64,000 nt of DNA, from the NCBI GenBank assembly GCA_021613535.1, contig CP075496.1:7440001-7504000 (forward strand), read 5' to 3'. The notes beneath the pieces were generated by a model that worked only from the letters and a program-made list of their open reading frames with translations, was not told the origin of the DNA and did no database searches. The stretch is from Adineta vaga. Taxonomy: Eukaryota; Animalia; Rotifera. Positions 15,533 through 31,370 of this stretch are shown here, one piece after another (within the stretch, counting starts at the first letter, position 1; the number at the start of each line of letters is the position of its first letter). The position numbers were made by a program, and so were the translations under genes.

Positions 15533-16110
15533 ATGTCACGGTACATATATTTGCCTTACTAATTCTTTTTTTCATTCATTTATCTATTTTTTTTAAAGTT
15601 ACGCTCCACCTCCACCTCCTCCTCAATCTCAACCTATTGAAAGAGTTGTCGCTCAACCACGTGATTTAAGTTATCTGTTTGCATTTAATCATGAATGGCA
15701 TTATTCATTACTTTCATCATTTAAACCATGTCCAAAATGTATGTCTTCGTTTGTATAAGAGAATCGAATTTTTACACTAAATATTAATTTTAGCGGCTTT
15801 TGCTTGTTTCTGTACACCATGTTATATTGCTAAAGTAATCGATCGTACAAATGATAATTATTGTATTGGTTTTTTTAATCCATACGCATTAATGGCATTA
15901 CGTACAAAAGTTCGAACATCTTTTCGAATTCGCGTAAATAGAAAAGTTTTATTTTAACATTTAATATTTCGTTGTGATTTATTTTAGGGAAATCTTGTTG
16001 AAGATTGTTTATTAGCAACATTATGTTTAGCACCTTGTACTGCAATGCAAATTGATCATGAACTTGATTGTCAAGGTATTCCCACAATCGCTGGTAAACA
16101 TAGGATGTAA
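15533..16110 (+). CDS. PLAC8/cornifelin-family protein, copy B (4 exons)
   Basis: MSRYAPPPPPPQ..HEWHYSLLSSFKPCPKSAFACFCTPCYIAKVIDR..LRTKVRTSFRIRGNLVEDCLLATLCLAPCTAMQIDHELDCQG; same intron positions and phases as copy A. Confidence 0.85.
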
Positions 16111-16850
16111 ACTTGTGAATATTATCTTATGAAATGAAAAATAATTTATTCGACTAGTTTTATTTATAAAAATGTAATTCTGCGAGTGAATTTTATTTGG
16201 AATATTTTATTGAATAATAAAAAAAAGAATGTGTATATCATTTACTAAAAGTATTCAAAATTGTATTGATATTCATCATTGCTTCAGATTTCTTTTTTGT
16301 CTTATATAGTACAAAAAGTTTTCTATTCAAGGACATGATGACAAAGATATTTAAATTTGCAAATTTTCATTCATATGTTCTGTGTAAGTGCTTTTCAAAC
16401 AAAGAGTGTCTCGCCATACATCGCAAGATTTCCTTCGAGATATATTAAATATAGACGATTTGCTCATATTGTGATTACAAAAGTAAGAAATCCAATAGAC
16501 TATATGTGTGAAAAAGACCTGATCTATTCAAAGTAGATAATGTTAATACAATATATTATTATTATTATTTGAAAGCATGGGTTGATGTAATTGTTCACCT
16601 CCCTTTTTCCACGCATGATCTTTTGTTTGTTAAATGACAGAATGAAAAAGAACCTTCGAATTCAAGTTTGAAAAGTTTTCTCTCGAGTAAATACTATGGG
16701 ATACTTGTAAACATCATTCGTTTTGAAGTGGATCAATATTTAACTAATGGGCTCGGTCGTTACTGTTTCGTTCCCGTAGAAGCAATAACAAGCGTGAATG
16801 CCGTTAGTGTGCACTTCACCAGTTGCAAACGTCTCTACGAGAGATTAAAA

Positions 16851-17369
16851 ATGCAAACTATTCTACCACCACCAGCACCGTATGAAATATCGAATAATTT
16901 AAATTAAATTCGAAGAGTTTTCATTATAGAGTTCTAGTACAAACAAGACCAGGCGATGATATTTGGCGATACGATCGTGAATGGAAACAAACATTATTCA
17001 ATTGTTGTGCCAGCAAAAAAACTTGTAAGTAACATTGAATCGGAAAATTGTATTTCATATTGAAATTCTCCTCTTTGCTTAGGTTGTTTAGTATGCTGGT
17101 GTTGTCCATGTAAATCGTATACTATGTATTCACGTGCAGGTGAAAATTGTCTTGCATGGTGTTGGCCAATGACTCTATGGTCATTACGAACAAAAATACG
17201 AACTTTATTTCGTCTTCGAGTCTGTTCTACCTTCTCCTAAAAAGAATTATCTCATTCATTTTCTTATTCAATATAGGGAAGCATATGCGGTGATTGTGCA
17301 GCGGTTCACTGTTGTGCATGTTGCGCTATTGTTCAAATGAACCGTGAATTGGATTTACAAGGTTTATAA
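16851..17369 (+). CDS. PLAC8/cornifelin-family protein, copy C (4 exons)
   Basis: MQTILPPPAP..REWKQTLFNCCASKKTCCLVCWCCPCKSYTMYSRAGE..LRTKIRTLFRLRGSICGDCAAVHCCACCAIVQMNRELDLQGL*; same intron positions as A and B. Confidence 0.85.
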
Positions 17370-17477
17370 AAAAAAGAAACCAAATATTCTATTATATATA
17401 TATATATATATACTTTGCAATCAAAAAAACAAAACATTAAATAAAAATACAGAGTGTATCGCTTTCTTTTCTCTCTT

Positions 17478-18799
17478 TCAAACTTCAGCTTCTTGTTTCA
17501 CAGTTAAAACTGATCCTGGCGAATTCGTTTTCGGAGGCGATGGAGATCTTGTATTGACTATTGTTTCAATTTCTGTTTGCATAAATGCCCATGGAATATT
17601 TGTTGAACCAACTAATGGACATTTTAAACCACTTGGACAATAGATTTCTTTTTCACCCGTTTGTTTTTTAATAAAATTCTTACAACATGGAAAACAATAT
17701 CGATGCTCTGATGACGATGGACATTGGACAAAATGCGTATCTTCTAAAATTTGATGACATTCACTACATCGAAGAATTAATAAAGGTATTGATGATGGTA
17801 CTGTTTCATTGATTTGTTGATGAATACGTAAACGTTTTGATAAACGATATTTATTAATACAACTTATATCAATATCATTATGCTTACGTTTTGATATTGA
17901 ATTACGAATTGATGGTAACTTAATCTGTTTTGGATCGAGATGACTTTCAGGTAAAAGAGTTTTGTTCGGTAATTCTTTGAATGAACGTACACGTTCATTA
18001 AGTAAATCATTTAATAAAAGCCAATGATTTGTTGCATCATCAGTTGTTGATTTGATTCGATATTCAAATGCTTTATAAGGATTTTTTATTGATTGATTAT
18101 CTTCATTCGATGACGATTGTTTTACATCAGAATTCATTTGTCGAAGAAGAGAATTGATATTTGCATGAACATTACTTGAACCAATTGGATATTCTATAAA
18201 GATTCGTAATTCATATTCATTTGTATCTTCTGTAGATGTATGTCTTTGATGAGAATCAAAAAGAAATAGTCGAGCTTGAATAGTTGAATCACGTTTAAGA
18301 CGGATATCGAATGGAGTTGATGCTACTAGTAGACGTAAACTATCCTTGACTATTTCTGGTAAGGAAAGATCATCAGGTTCCTGTGATGAAAGAGTTTCAT
18401 TGGGTGGAGAGGATGATGTTGAATGTATAGAACGAGATGATGTGAATGAAACTGGTGGTCGATGATGGCCATTTGATAAAGATTTATATGGATAATGATT
18501 ACTGTTCGTTGAAAGAAGAGATGATGAGGGTGGTAAAAATGATTTGGAAGGTGTTAAATTATTAGATCGATCAACTAATGAAGTACGTCGAAGTATGCGA
18601 GCATTTTCAATAATTGTTTCAATTCGATCAGCACCTAAAAAACATATTAAATATGAAGAAAGAATTAAGAGAGAATGTTTTTTTCACCTTCATAATTGAC
18701 ACAACCACGACAGACAGTTTCGGAAAAATCATAAATCATTGCCCAAGGTGTGCGAGGCAGATCACATAAATAACAATGTTGTCGACTCAATCGGTACAT
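17478..18799 (-). CDS. IRF2BP: Interferon regulatory factor 2-binding protein homolog
   Basis: N-terminal zinc finger [38 protein letters not shown]|ADRIE (one intron) and C-terminal [44 protein letters not shown]. Confidence 0.95.
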
Positions 18800-20257
18800 C
18801 TTTGAATTAATCAATGAACAAATGTAGGTCCTCTCTCTTGAGTATGATGATGAGTGAATGGAAAGAACTTGCTTCTCTATATTTCATCGTTTCTTTTGCT
18901 CTCTCTCCCTCTCTCTCTGTCTCTCTCTATGTGTGCGTGTGTGAATGCGTGCTTACACGCACCGCTGTAATCATACGAATGCTCGCGCGCGGACATATCC
19001 GTGTACGTGCTGTGATGGTGATGGCGTGCTCAAACAGAATTTGATTTCGACGCTCTTGCTCGTTCGCATGTGCGTGATCCCCATTCACATATACACAAGA
19101 GAAGAAGACGAAGACGATGATGAAGAAGAAGAAGAAGAAAGTTGACTGAGCTATATAGTGTAGAGCAAAGAAGAGCAAGTAAATATATGTCGACGTGTTT
19201 GGAATCAACATTTGAAGATTTAGTAGCTATTGCACGTTGCATCACAGATGAGAGAAAAAGAAAGGCTAATGATATGGACAATTTTTTAACAAACAAGTCA
19301 CGTTCAATTCTCTAAGGCATTGTTGAATTAGAAATGTCTTTTCTTGTACTTTATTATCTTTTGAACACAATCTGTGAATGATGTGATCAATGATGAGTTA
19401 GGTATGCATGAAAACATTCGATTTTCATTTTTAAAACTCTCAAAGAAAATAATAATCTAGTTAATCGAAGGACGAATCTTTCCAGAGTATATATATATAT
19501 ATATTCATGCACGAAAAAGTAATTGTTGACGGATGGTTTTATACTCGTGCAAGCATCGAATATGTATGTAAGCACGCAAAGTTCGCCATCACTTTGCGTC
19601 GTCTTTTTTCTCTCTGTATATGCATTAGGTGACACGCGAATAGCCAGCTATTGCCAGTTATCGTAGACATTGCTATCGTTTGTCACGATCTGAATATAAT
19701 TGTTGAATAGTTTTGGGCGGAAAGAAGACAAAGAACAAAGAATAAATGAAATAAATACGTGCACTATAACTATACAAAATATTGTCTTATATTTTCAAGG
19801 TATGAATAATAAGATTGAAGTATAAGTATAATAATAAAAAAGCAAAGTAACTAAAAGAATGAGAGAAAATATCAAGAGAAAATTGATGATTTATTCTTTT
19901 GTTTTGACGGATTTTCAAACTACTGAAATATTCATACTGTTCATGAAGGAAGCCACGAGCTAGCACGGTTAATTTCAATCAATTCATCGTCTAGATTTCT
20001 TTATTATTGAATGTTGTATAGGATAAAAAGTTTCCAAAGAATGATAATTATAAGATATAGTCAAAAGCGGAAGAGTCATTTTCTGTCTTGACGATGATTC
20101 GGTTAGCGAGATAATAAGAAAATGTCTTAGATAAGTGTATGAACATACATTTTTATTTAAAAACTACTATATCAATCGTTACTACTTTTATTAACTAGAA
20201 ACGTTTGAGAAATAAAATAAAGACGAATTATTCATAGAAACGATTTTATAAAGGTCT

Positions 20258-22048
20258 TTACTTTTTTTCGTCCTCTTTCTTCTTTCGTTTTTCTCGAATT
20301 TGAACTATCTCTTCAGCACTTGTTGGATGTATACCAATTGAATGATCGAACAATTCTTTTGTTGCTCCTGCACGTATTGCCACTGAACACATTTGAATAA
20401 TTTCCGGTGCTGCATGATCCATTATATGAATACCAACGACACGTTGATCTTTGTTTTCAACAATCAATTTCACATATGATTTTCGATCACGTTTAGGTAA
20501 TTGAACAAACATTGGTTTAAATGATGATTCATAAACATCATAGCCATCATCTCCATATTTTTCTTTTGCTTCTTTTTCTGTTACACCACATGTACCAATA
20601 GCTGGTTCACTAAATACAGTTGTACCAACAGTATCATAATCAACTTTTCTTGGTTGTGCATTCTTAAAAAGCATATCGGCTAGATAATGACCTTCTTGAA
20701 TAGCAACTGGTGTCAAAGCTGTACGATCTGTACAATCACCGACCTGTATGAAAAGAAGAAAGCAATATAAATAACTGGAAATATGAACATATATATATAT
20801 ATATATATACCGCATAAATATTTGGAACGTTTGTTTGTGAATAATCATCGACTTTAATAACACCTTTGTCATCTGCTTTCACACCAGCCATGTCCAAACC
20901 TAGGTTATCTACGTCAGGACGACGACCAATAGCAAACATAATAAGATTGGTGTCGACGATTGTATTGTCATTTTTGAATTTCACACGAAAAGAATCTTCG
21001 GAGACTTTTTCTACACGTTCAACTTCCGTTTCAAATCGAAAGTTAATTCCATTTTTTTTAAGTTCATCAGTCAATTTTGATCGAACATCTAAATACAATA
21101 ATGACAAGTATATAATTCTATTGATAATCGATTATACGAGGATGTTGTCTTCAAATCTCTGTACAAACCTTCATCAAAGCTTGATAAAATTGTCTTTCCA
21201 CGTAAAATCAATGTTACTTCACAGCCAAATCCATGGAAAATACAACCGAATTCTAACGCAATATAACCACCACCTGAGAGAACAAATTAGAAATATTCTT
21301 ACAAGAAAAAACAAACTTACCAACAATAATCACTTTTTTCGGTAATTTTTCGAGGAAAAATGCATCATCTGATGTGATTACATGTTCACTTCCCTCAATT
21401 TTCGGCAAAACCGGACGACCTAAACAATATACATATATTTCAGGCATATTTCAACAAAAAACACCTACCTCCAACAGCAAGAAGTATATATTTCGATGTA
21501 TATTCTTTGTCATTTATAACAACTGTATGTTTGTCTTTTAAAACTGCATATCCTTTGATAATTTTAACATTATTGTCTTTTTGATTCTTTTCATAAGCAT
21601 TATTAAGACGTTGAATTTCGGTGTTTTTATCTTCTATAAACTTCTTCCAATTATGATCCTCTAATTTCATATCAATTTTTGGCCATCCATAACCTTCAGC
21701 ATCATGAAATAATTCACGAAAATGTGATGCATAACAAAACAGTTTCTTTGGTACACAACCGACATTTACACATGTACCACCTAGTTTCTTGGCTTCAGCT
21801 AGAGCAACACGAGCTCCATGTTTTGCTGCTATACGACTAGATCGCACACCTCCTGAACCACCACCGATAACAAAATAATCAAAATCATATTTAGTATTAT
21901 CATCTTTTCCACTAGATGATGCCATGGTTCGATGAAGTTGAAATGGAATTTGTAAATAATTCGAAGTAAGACGATAGAATTTATAGGGAACTTGGAACTG
22001 TTGCTGATGATGGTGACAAAACAAAATACGATAGTAATGACCAAGCAT
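20258..22048 (-). CDS. gor: Glutathione reductase, proteobacterial/plant-type signature, with N-terminal extension (second in-frame ATG at 21925)
   Basis: YDFDYFVIGGGSGGVRSSRIAA, redox motif GGTCVNVGCVPKK, GGGYIALEF, GDCTDRTALTPVAI, C-terminal IHPTSAEE; 5 exons with GT-AG introns. Confidence 0.92.
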
Positions 22049-22413
22049 ATTCTTCTGAATGAATCATTGAAGGTTTTTTTCTTCCCTCGTAGTTTCATTC
22101 GCTCTATGCTAACTACCAATTATATAGTAGTACGTGAATTACAGTAGTTTAGAGATAACAAGTATTTCGTAGTGACTATATCTAATCTTTATAAGTTTTT
22201 TATACAAAATGAATTGCAAAAGAGAATATATTCATCTTTATTTATCTTGTTAAGTATCGTTAAAACTTTAATAAAGAAAGAAAACATCTTCTTATTGAAA
22301 TGTTTTGTGCAGATCATTTGTATTATTCTTATCCAGAAGAGATTTTAATGAACAAGTAACAAGAGAGATGGAGAAAGCATAGTCTGAGCTTTCATGAGTA
22401 ACATAATTTCAGA

Positions 22414-25020
<2,607 letters not shown>

Positions 25021-25181
25021 GGATGTATTCGTAATGTCGATGAATGATATTAAGAATTGTTTCTAGAAAGAAAAAACTTCCAAATCATGTTTTATTAACC
25101 TTTTATGGAATAAAATGGGTTTGAAGAATTCTATTAAATGATAAATCAAAATCAAAATCAAAATCACAGATTAACAAAATT

Positions 25182-26538
25182 CTAATTTGACACTTCATAT
25201 TTTCCTAATGATGCCAAACCATTTTGCTATAAGAAAAGATCAATACAATATTTGTCTTATCTCTTCGAATTTCTTTTACCTTAGTTAAACGCATAAATTC
25301 TTTTCGAGCTTGTTCACTATTACTTTTATTACCTTTCCAAGCTCGTAAAACAGATGTTTGCAATGCACGTCCATAACTAAATGATAATGTCCATGGTTTA
25401 TATAATGGCACATGATTGATTGCATTTAAATATAGTGTAGAATTCTCTTCGTTATGTCCACCTTAATTAAGGAAAGAAACTCTATCGATTATTTTGCGTT
25501 CGAAAATTCAATTTAGTTGTACCGGAAAGAAACATAATGCCAGGTACAGCAGTTGGAACTGTACGACGGAATGCAATTACAGTTGCTTCAGCAATCTGTT
25601 CGATTGAATATTTTTTTGAACATGTTGCACCTACAATATTCATTTGAATTTAAAAAAACAAAATAGTAATTATCAACTTTTTTACCGGGTGTTACTATAT
25701 TTGGTTTCAGTAATGTACCCTCAAGATAGACATGATGATCACATAATGCCTTATAAACAGTTGATAAAACTTGTTCAGTTACACGTTGACATTCTTCAAG
25801 ATCATGATCACCTTCCAATGATACTTCTGGTTCAACGATTGGTACAAGACCACACTAAAATAAGAAATTATATATCATATATTGTCTATTAAAGATACAG
25901 ACTTGTTGACATATTGACGCATATCGTGCAAGTTTTGAGGCATTCTCATTCATAGCTAATTGTGAAGGACAATTCGGTGCAATTCTCAATAAAGCACGCC
26001 ATTTGGCAAATTGTGCACCATTCTTTTTATATTCTCGACAACGCTCTTCGAGACCGTCTAACCCTAGAATCATTCTATAATATTCAGTCAATATTTCTTG
26101 CTTTTATTGACAAACCTTGAGTTATAGTTTCGTTATCAGTACCAGCTAATACAATTAATCCTCTGTCAACTGTAATACCAGATAAAATACCAAGATCTTT
26201 TAAAACACGAGGAAAAACCATCTCATCATCATCAGTTTTATGATAGAATGTTTCATGACACAATATGATTGCACTTAAGTATTGACTGCATTCTTTTGTT
26301 CGAAATAACAACTGACGATAATAACGACGATTTTCTTCATTGTTCTGAATATTCATTGGCGAAAAACGTGACTCAATTATACCTGAAAATGAAAAGTTTG
26401 ATTCAATTTTCGAACTGAAACATATTGATAACCTGCGGATTCATCGGCAGCTAATATACCCTTGCCAGGTGTAGCAATACTTTGAGCTATCTGAGCTAGT
26501 TCTGCTTGCTTGTCTTTTGATAGATAATAGACAGCCAT
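25182..26538 (-). CDS. ALDO: Class I fructose-bisphosphate aldolase, divergent paralog
   Basis: [49 protein letters not shown] (Schiff-base Lys), [14 protein letters not shown]; ends ..[11 protein letters not shown]. Confidence 0.93.
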
Positions 26539-27800
26539 ACAAATCGACGATAACCTTCACAAGCAGAAAAAAAAATTGATTTAAAATGTTGTTTCTTTTT
26601 ACGATATATAAATCAAAAAGAATGTAGTACGATAAGATGAGGGTTGAAACCGACAGGGTGAAACAAACGAAAACGGTAGAGTGAAAGAGAGAAATAAAAC
26701 TATGTATGAAATAATAACAAGCTAAAACGTACGCACGTTATCTATTTCTCTATATTTGAAGAACTGGATAAAATCATATGGTATGTAAGAGAAAAGAAGC
26801 AAATACATGAAGAAATCGACAAAAGATTCTTACAAAAACGACATGTTTCTTTATCATTTGAAAGAAAAGTTACAATAATTTCTTATCATAAAATATATTC
26901 ATACATTTGTTTATCTTTGTATTCTATTGTTGCCTTTATAAATTGGTCTAGTCTTCTAATATTTTTCTTACAAGAAAACAGAGGAAATGGAAAAATAACA
27001 TATGATTCTCCATGAAACTAAATATTTAACTTCTCTCTGATTAATAGAATCAATAGAGCACACTGATAATGTTGAATTAGCGTTGTAATCATGATTAGTA
27101 TTCATGAATAGGAACGAGAAACAAATTCTGGTGTGTTGTGCTTCGTAATATTGGAACTTCACTACCAATTAAGGAAGAAGCATGTCATTGACTTACTTTG
27201 CTGAAAATATAGCTTCCGTATCGAAGACAGAATTGATATAGATCCGATACTTTTGTTGTGCTTCATTGATTAGAAGTCAGTATCTGGAGAAATGAAAGAT
27301 TTGTCGATATAAACTTTCCATAGAGTGATATTCTAAAATAAATCAGTCTTCTTTGAAAAATATATCAATAGAAAAAAAAACAAGATAATCTTCTTCGAAT
27401 GTATTTGAATTGCGGTCTGATTCAATTGGCATTTTATACAAATTCTTATCATCGATCTACGTTGAAGACAAATCTGGAAAAATATCAATACATACGGCTA
27501 TTCTTCTACCAATTACGTTTAGAAGAAGATCTATACAAAAGATAATAGTTAATCGAAATGTGTTTTTTTTCTGAAAATAGAATGATCATTTGAAGATACA
27601 ATATCATAGATTTATGAATGAGAACAGTGTTGGTCTGCACTGGTAACTGTTTAGAAGACGAAAAATAAGGAAAAAGATTCGATTCATTTCAATTTATATT
27701 ATTGCAGAAAAATCATAAGAAGAAGACGACACTCACAATGAATCAAATATCTTTCATAAAATTTATAAAAAATCACGAATATCAAATCACATAAAAATAT

Positions 27801-28900
27801 TCATTCTTTCTTTTGTTCAGATGGTAGAGATAATCCGGCATTGATTCTTGTTGCATCACCTATAACTGACCAATCCATATGTTTTAAACCATGTCCTATA
27901 GTTGAAACTAATTGTTCTCTCATCACACTACAGAATGGAAGAGGGACGCCAACTTGATCACCACTCGATAACATTGCGTTAACATCTTTTAAACCGCCTT
28001 CTGCTCGAAATCCTTCACCTTCTGCTATTTCATAATTTCGATTTCGTATACGATCTTCATATGCTAATAAACCTGGATGTGAGTAGAAAATTTTAAGTAT
28101 TTGTTGAGTAACATCATGATCAACGCCCCAACGTTCATTCAATGCATAGATTTGACCAAAAAGAGATAAATTAGCAGAAAGAACCATATTTGCTGTTAAT
28201 TTAATTACATTTGAATGTGCTGGATTGTCACCCACAACAATGATCGATCCACCAGAATATGCTTCAACTACGGGTCGAGCACGCTCAATAGCTTCACGAT
28301 TACCACCCAAAAAACTACGCAATTGTCCAGCAGCTGCCACATCTGGACGACCAAGAACCTAATTAAAGATATAAATACAAAATATTTGAATTATATGATA
28401 CGTACAGTTCCAGCAACATAGTAAGCGCCATATTGTTCATGTAATTTTTCCAATTGACTCGAAGTATTTGGACTAATTGTTGTAGTATTGACATGTACAG
28501 CATTTTTTTTGATACCCATCAAATAGCCATTCTCTCCTTATAAAAAAAAGACGAATTCATTCATTCGAAGTGAATTAAAATTAATTAGATTAATAGTTAA
28601 TTACCTTGAGCAGTTTCTAAACATGATTTATCATCGTACAAGCAGCTGATAATAATATCAGCATCAGCCACAGCTTCACGAGCACTTGTTGCTGAATGTG
28701 CACCAGCTTTGATCAAATCCTAATGAAGAAAACTAAACTTTTCACAGTTTTTTGTATAGTTTCGGTTGATCTACATCTGCTTTCGATGCTGTTCGGCTCC
28801 AAACAACGAGTTGAAAACCTTTCTTAACAATATTCTTTGCTATTGCACTACCCATACTGCCCAGTCCAAGAAAGGTTACTTTCATCGATGAGGTCGACAT
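27801..28900 (-). CDS. NAD(P)-dependent beta-hydroxyacid dehydrogenase family protein (COG2084-like), bacterial/fungal type
   Basis: MKVTFLGLGSMG Rossmann motif, WSRTASKA, VHVNTTTISP, YVAGTVLGRPDVAAAGQL, VIKLTAN, GGLKDV; 3 introns. Confidence 0.88.
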
Positions 28901-29636
28901 TATGACTATCTAAAACACATGACAATTTTACATATAATTATGTACTTAATACATGATTTAGCAAAACAATTTTACAAATAAAAACCATTCAAATAAGCAA
29001 TTCATTATTCTATTCTTAAATAATCTATATGTAATAAGATTTTCATCAAGTCAGATTTTATGAAAATAAAACTTGAAGAAGGCTCTATCTTTATGATTAT
29101 ACGTGTAAGTCACTATTGAATTTCGTCGTATTCTGAAGTTCTGATCATATTCTGAAAACAAATGGTTTCGATTCAGTAAACTGCACCTAGATGTGTTTAA
29201 GTACTTGATTCAGATTATCTCTCATTGACAGAAAAAAAAAGAAAAAGTTTTCTTCAGTCGTAAATCGTGATTAATTCATTCTTTAATATGTAATTCTTAT
29301 TGGTTATAACTACGATCAAATTTCATATTGAATTCAGCCTGTTTTTTCGAAGAATTTCTTTAGAGTTTATTCAGATAAATTCAAATTTTTATACAAGATG
29401 TTTTATCTATACTGATAAGTTGTTTTACATAATTTATATAAATAATGAAAGAATATTCATTGGTCTATTAGTACACAAAGACAGTGGCGCTAATCATTTG
29501 TTTATTATTCTTATTCCCATTCAAGCCGAAGAAAGTTAGAGAAAAAAGTGGCCCGAGAGAAATATTCCATTACATCAGTGTTTTCATTTTTCTAGGACGT
29601 TTTTTTCCGCGACTATCACCAACAAAAAACTGAAAA

Positions 29637-30614
29637 ATGGGTGCTCAAATCAGCAAAGTCGAAGATACAATTCATGAGGTATACAAAAAAACATGGCCCC
29701 AAGCTTGGTACGAAGGAAATGCTCTGTTTAATTGAATAATCTTATAATCTTTTATATGCAGGTATTTGGCTCCACCATTTCTTGCATCACTTGGTGCTGC
29801 AGGTTACGTTGGCTATGCGTTAGCCCAATCAAAACCTATTCCATCATCAACAAATGCATCATTTTTACATTTACTTGGTGTTGCTGGTAAAGTTTTTAGA
29901 AGATTTGTTAATATGAGAGAATTTTTTCAATGTTTTCTAATAGGTGGATTCGGTGTTAGTTTCTGGATAACAGCAGTACATGGTAAAATTCTATTGATAA
30001 GATTTTTGTCTGAACTATTCATAATTGTGATTAGGTCGTGCTATTCAACGCATGTTAACACGTCATGAATTTGCAACAGTTCAATCTCAATTTTCAACGG
30101 TCTATTTTGCTTCATCAGCCGTATTTGCTGGTCTCAGTTTAGGTTCATTTTTACTTCGTCATCCAATTAATACATGGTCGAAAGATGCAACAAATTTAGT
30201 ATGTATTTAGACGGAAAAAAGATCGTGTTTCATATATTCGAAAGTACTTCTTGTAATTTTTTTCATTCGAATAGGGTGTTGCATTGATCATTGCACTAGG
30301 TGCTGCTGAATTAAATAGTCTTGTACTCAATCCATTAGTTACAAGTTTAATGTTTGATCGAAATAATATTGAATTTTTACAAGCAGCTAAAGTAGAAATT
30401 GAATCTATTTTTCGAAATAAATAATTATTTAAAATATTTCTTCGTTTAGACAACGGATGATATTGAACGATTAACTCGTGATGATGCCAAATATCGTATT
30501 ATTAATAATAAATTCAATTTATTTCATTCAATTTCAATGGTATCAGGCCTTGTCTATCATGGTGTTCAATGGTATCATCTCTTCTTTCTTGCTGACAAAT
30601 GTTTAGTCCTCTAA
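29637..30614 (+). CDS. TMEM205: TMEM205-like (DUF4149) membrane protein
   Basis: Six spliced exons: FLHLLGVAGGFGVSFWITAVHG..LTRHEFATVQSQFSTVYF..LNSLVLNPLVTSLMFDR..KYRIINNKFNLFHSIS. Confidence 0.8.
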
Positions 30615-31370
30615 ATCCAGAAATGATCTAATCTTAACTTCTTTACTCCCAAATCTTGTATACCTCCTTCTTTTCCCTCTGTAGACGCTTAGCGCTTGTG
30701 TGTACGTCCTCTAGAAAATCTTCTTATCATCATTCTTATGCCACTAGTCATTCTTTGTCTTGAATAAATAGAAAATAAATACAAGAATCAATGTAGAATT
30801 GACACTTTCAATCAGAAGAAGCTATACAAACAATGATTATGAAAAGAAAAGTAGTACATATTGATCTTTCTCAAGATCTAACACTTATGTTCGATGTTAT
30901 TAATAAAAATTCACATGAGGCTTATAAAGAGTAATTGTTTTTTCAAGGAAATTCTTCTCATCAGAGACAAGTATATATTCTCTTCCATACAAGCAGCTTA
31001 CTTTATAATATTCGACAAAAAAGAAAGATTTCTATCACAATTTCTCATGATGATTACGAAAAACAATACTACTAAATTAGAATGTCTTCTTTGACTCATA
31101 AACAAAAATCATGTAGAAACCCGTACTTATGTTTGCACAACAGTTTTTCGTATTCGATTGTATTTCTTTCTAACTCGTAATCAAAGTACAAAATGTTTAC
31201 AATAATTTTAATAAATACTCAATCAATGACTCAACGTATTGAATCATCGAATAAATTTGTAATCCACGTCGACTATATGACAATATGATAGTCTTTGTAT
31301 CGCTAGATACCTATAAAAAGAAAAACATCAAAATAAAAAACGAAATAGAGTCATTCAGTAGCTAATTATA

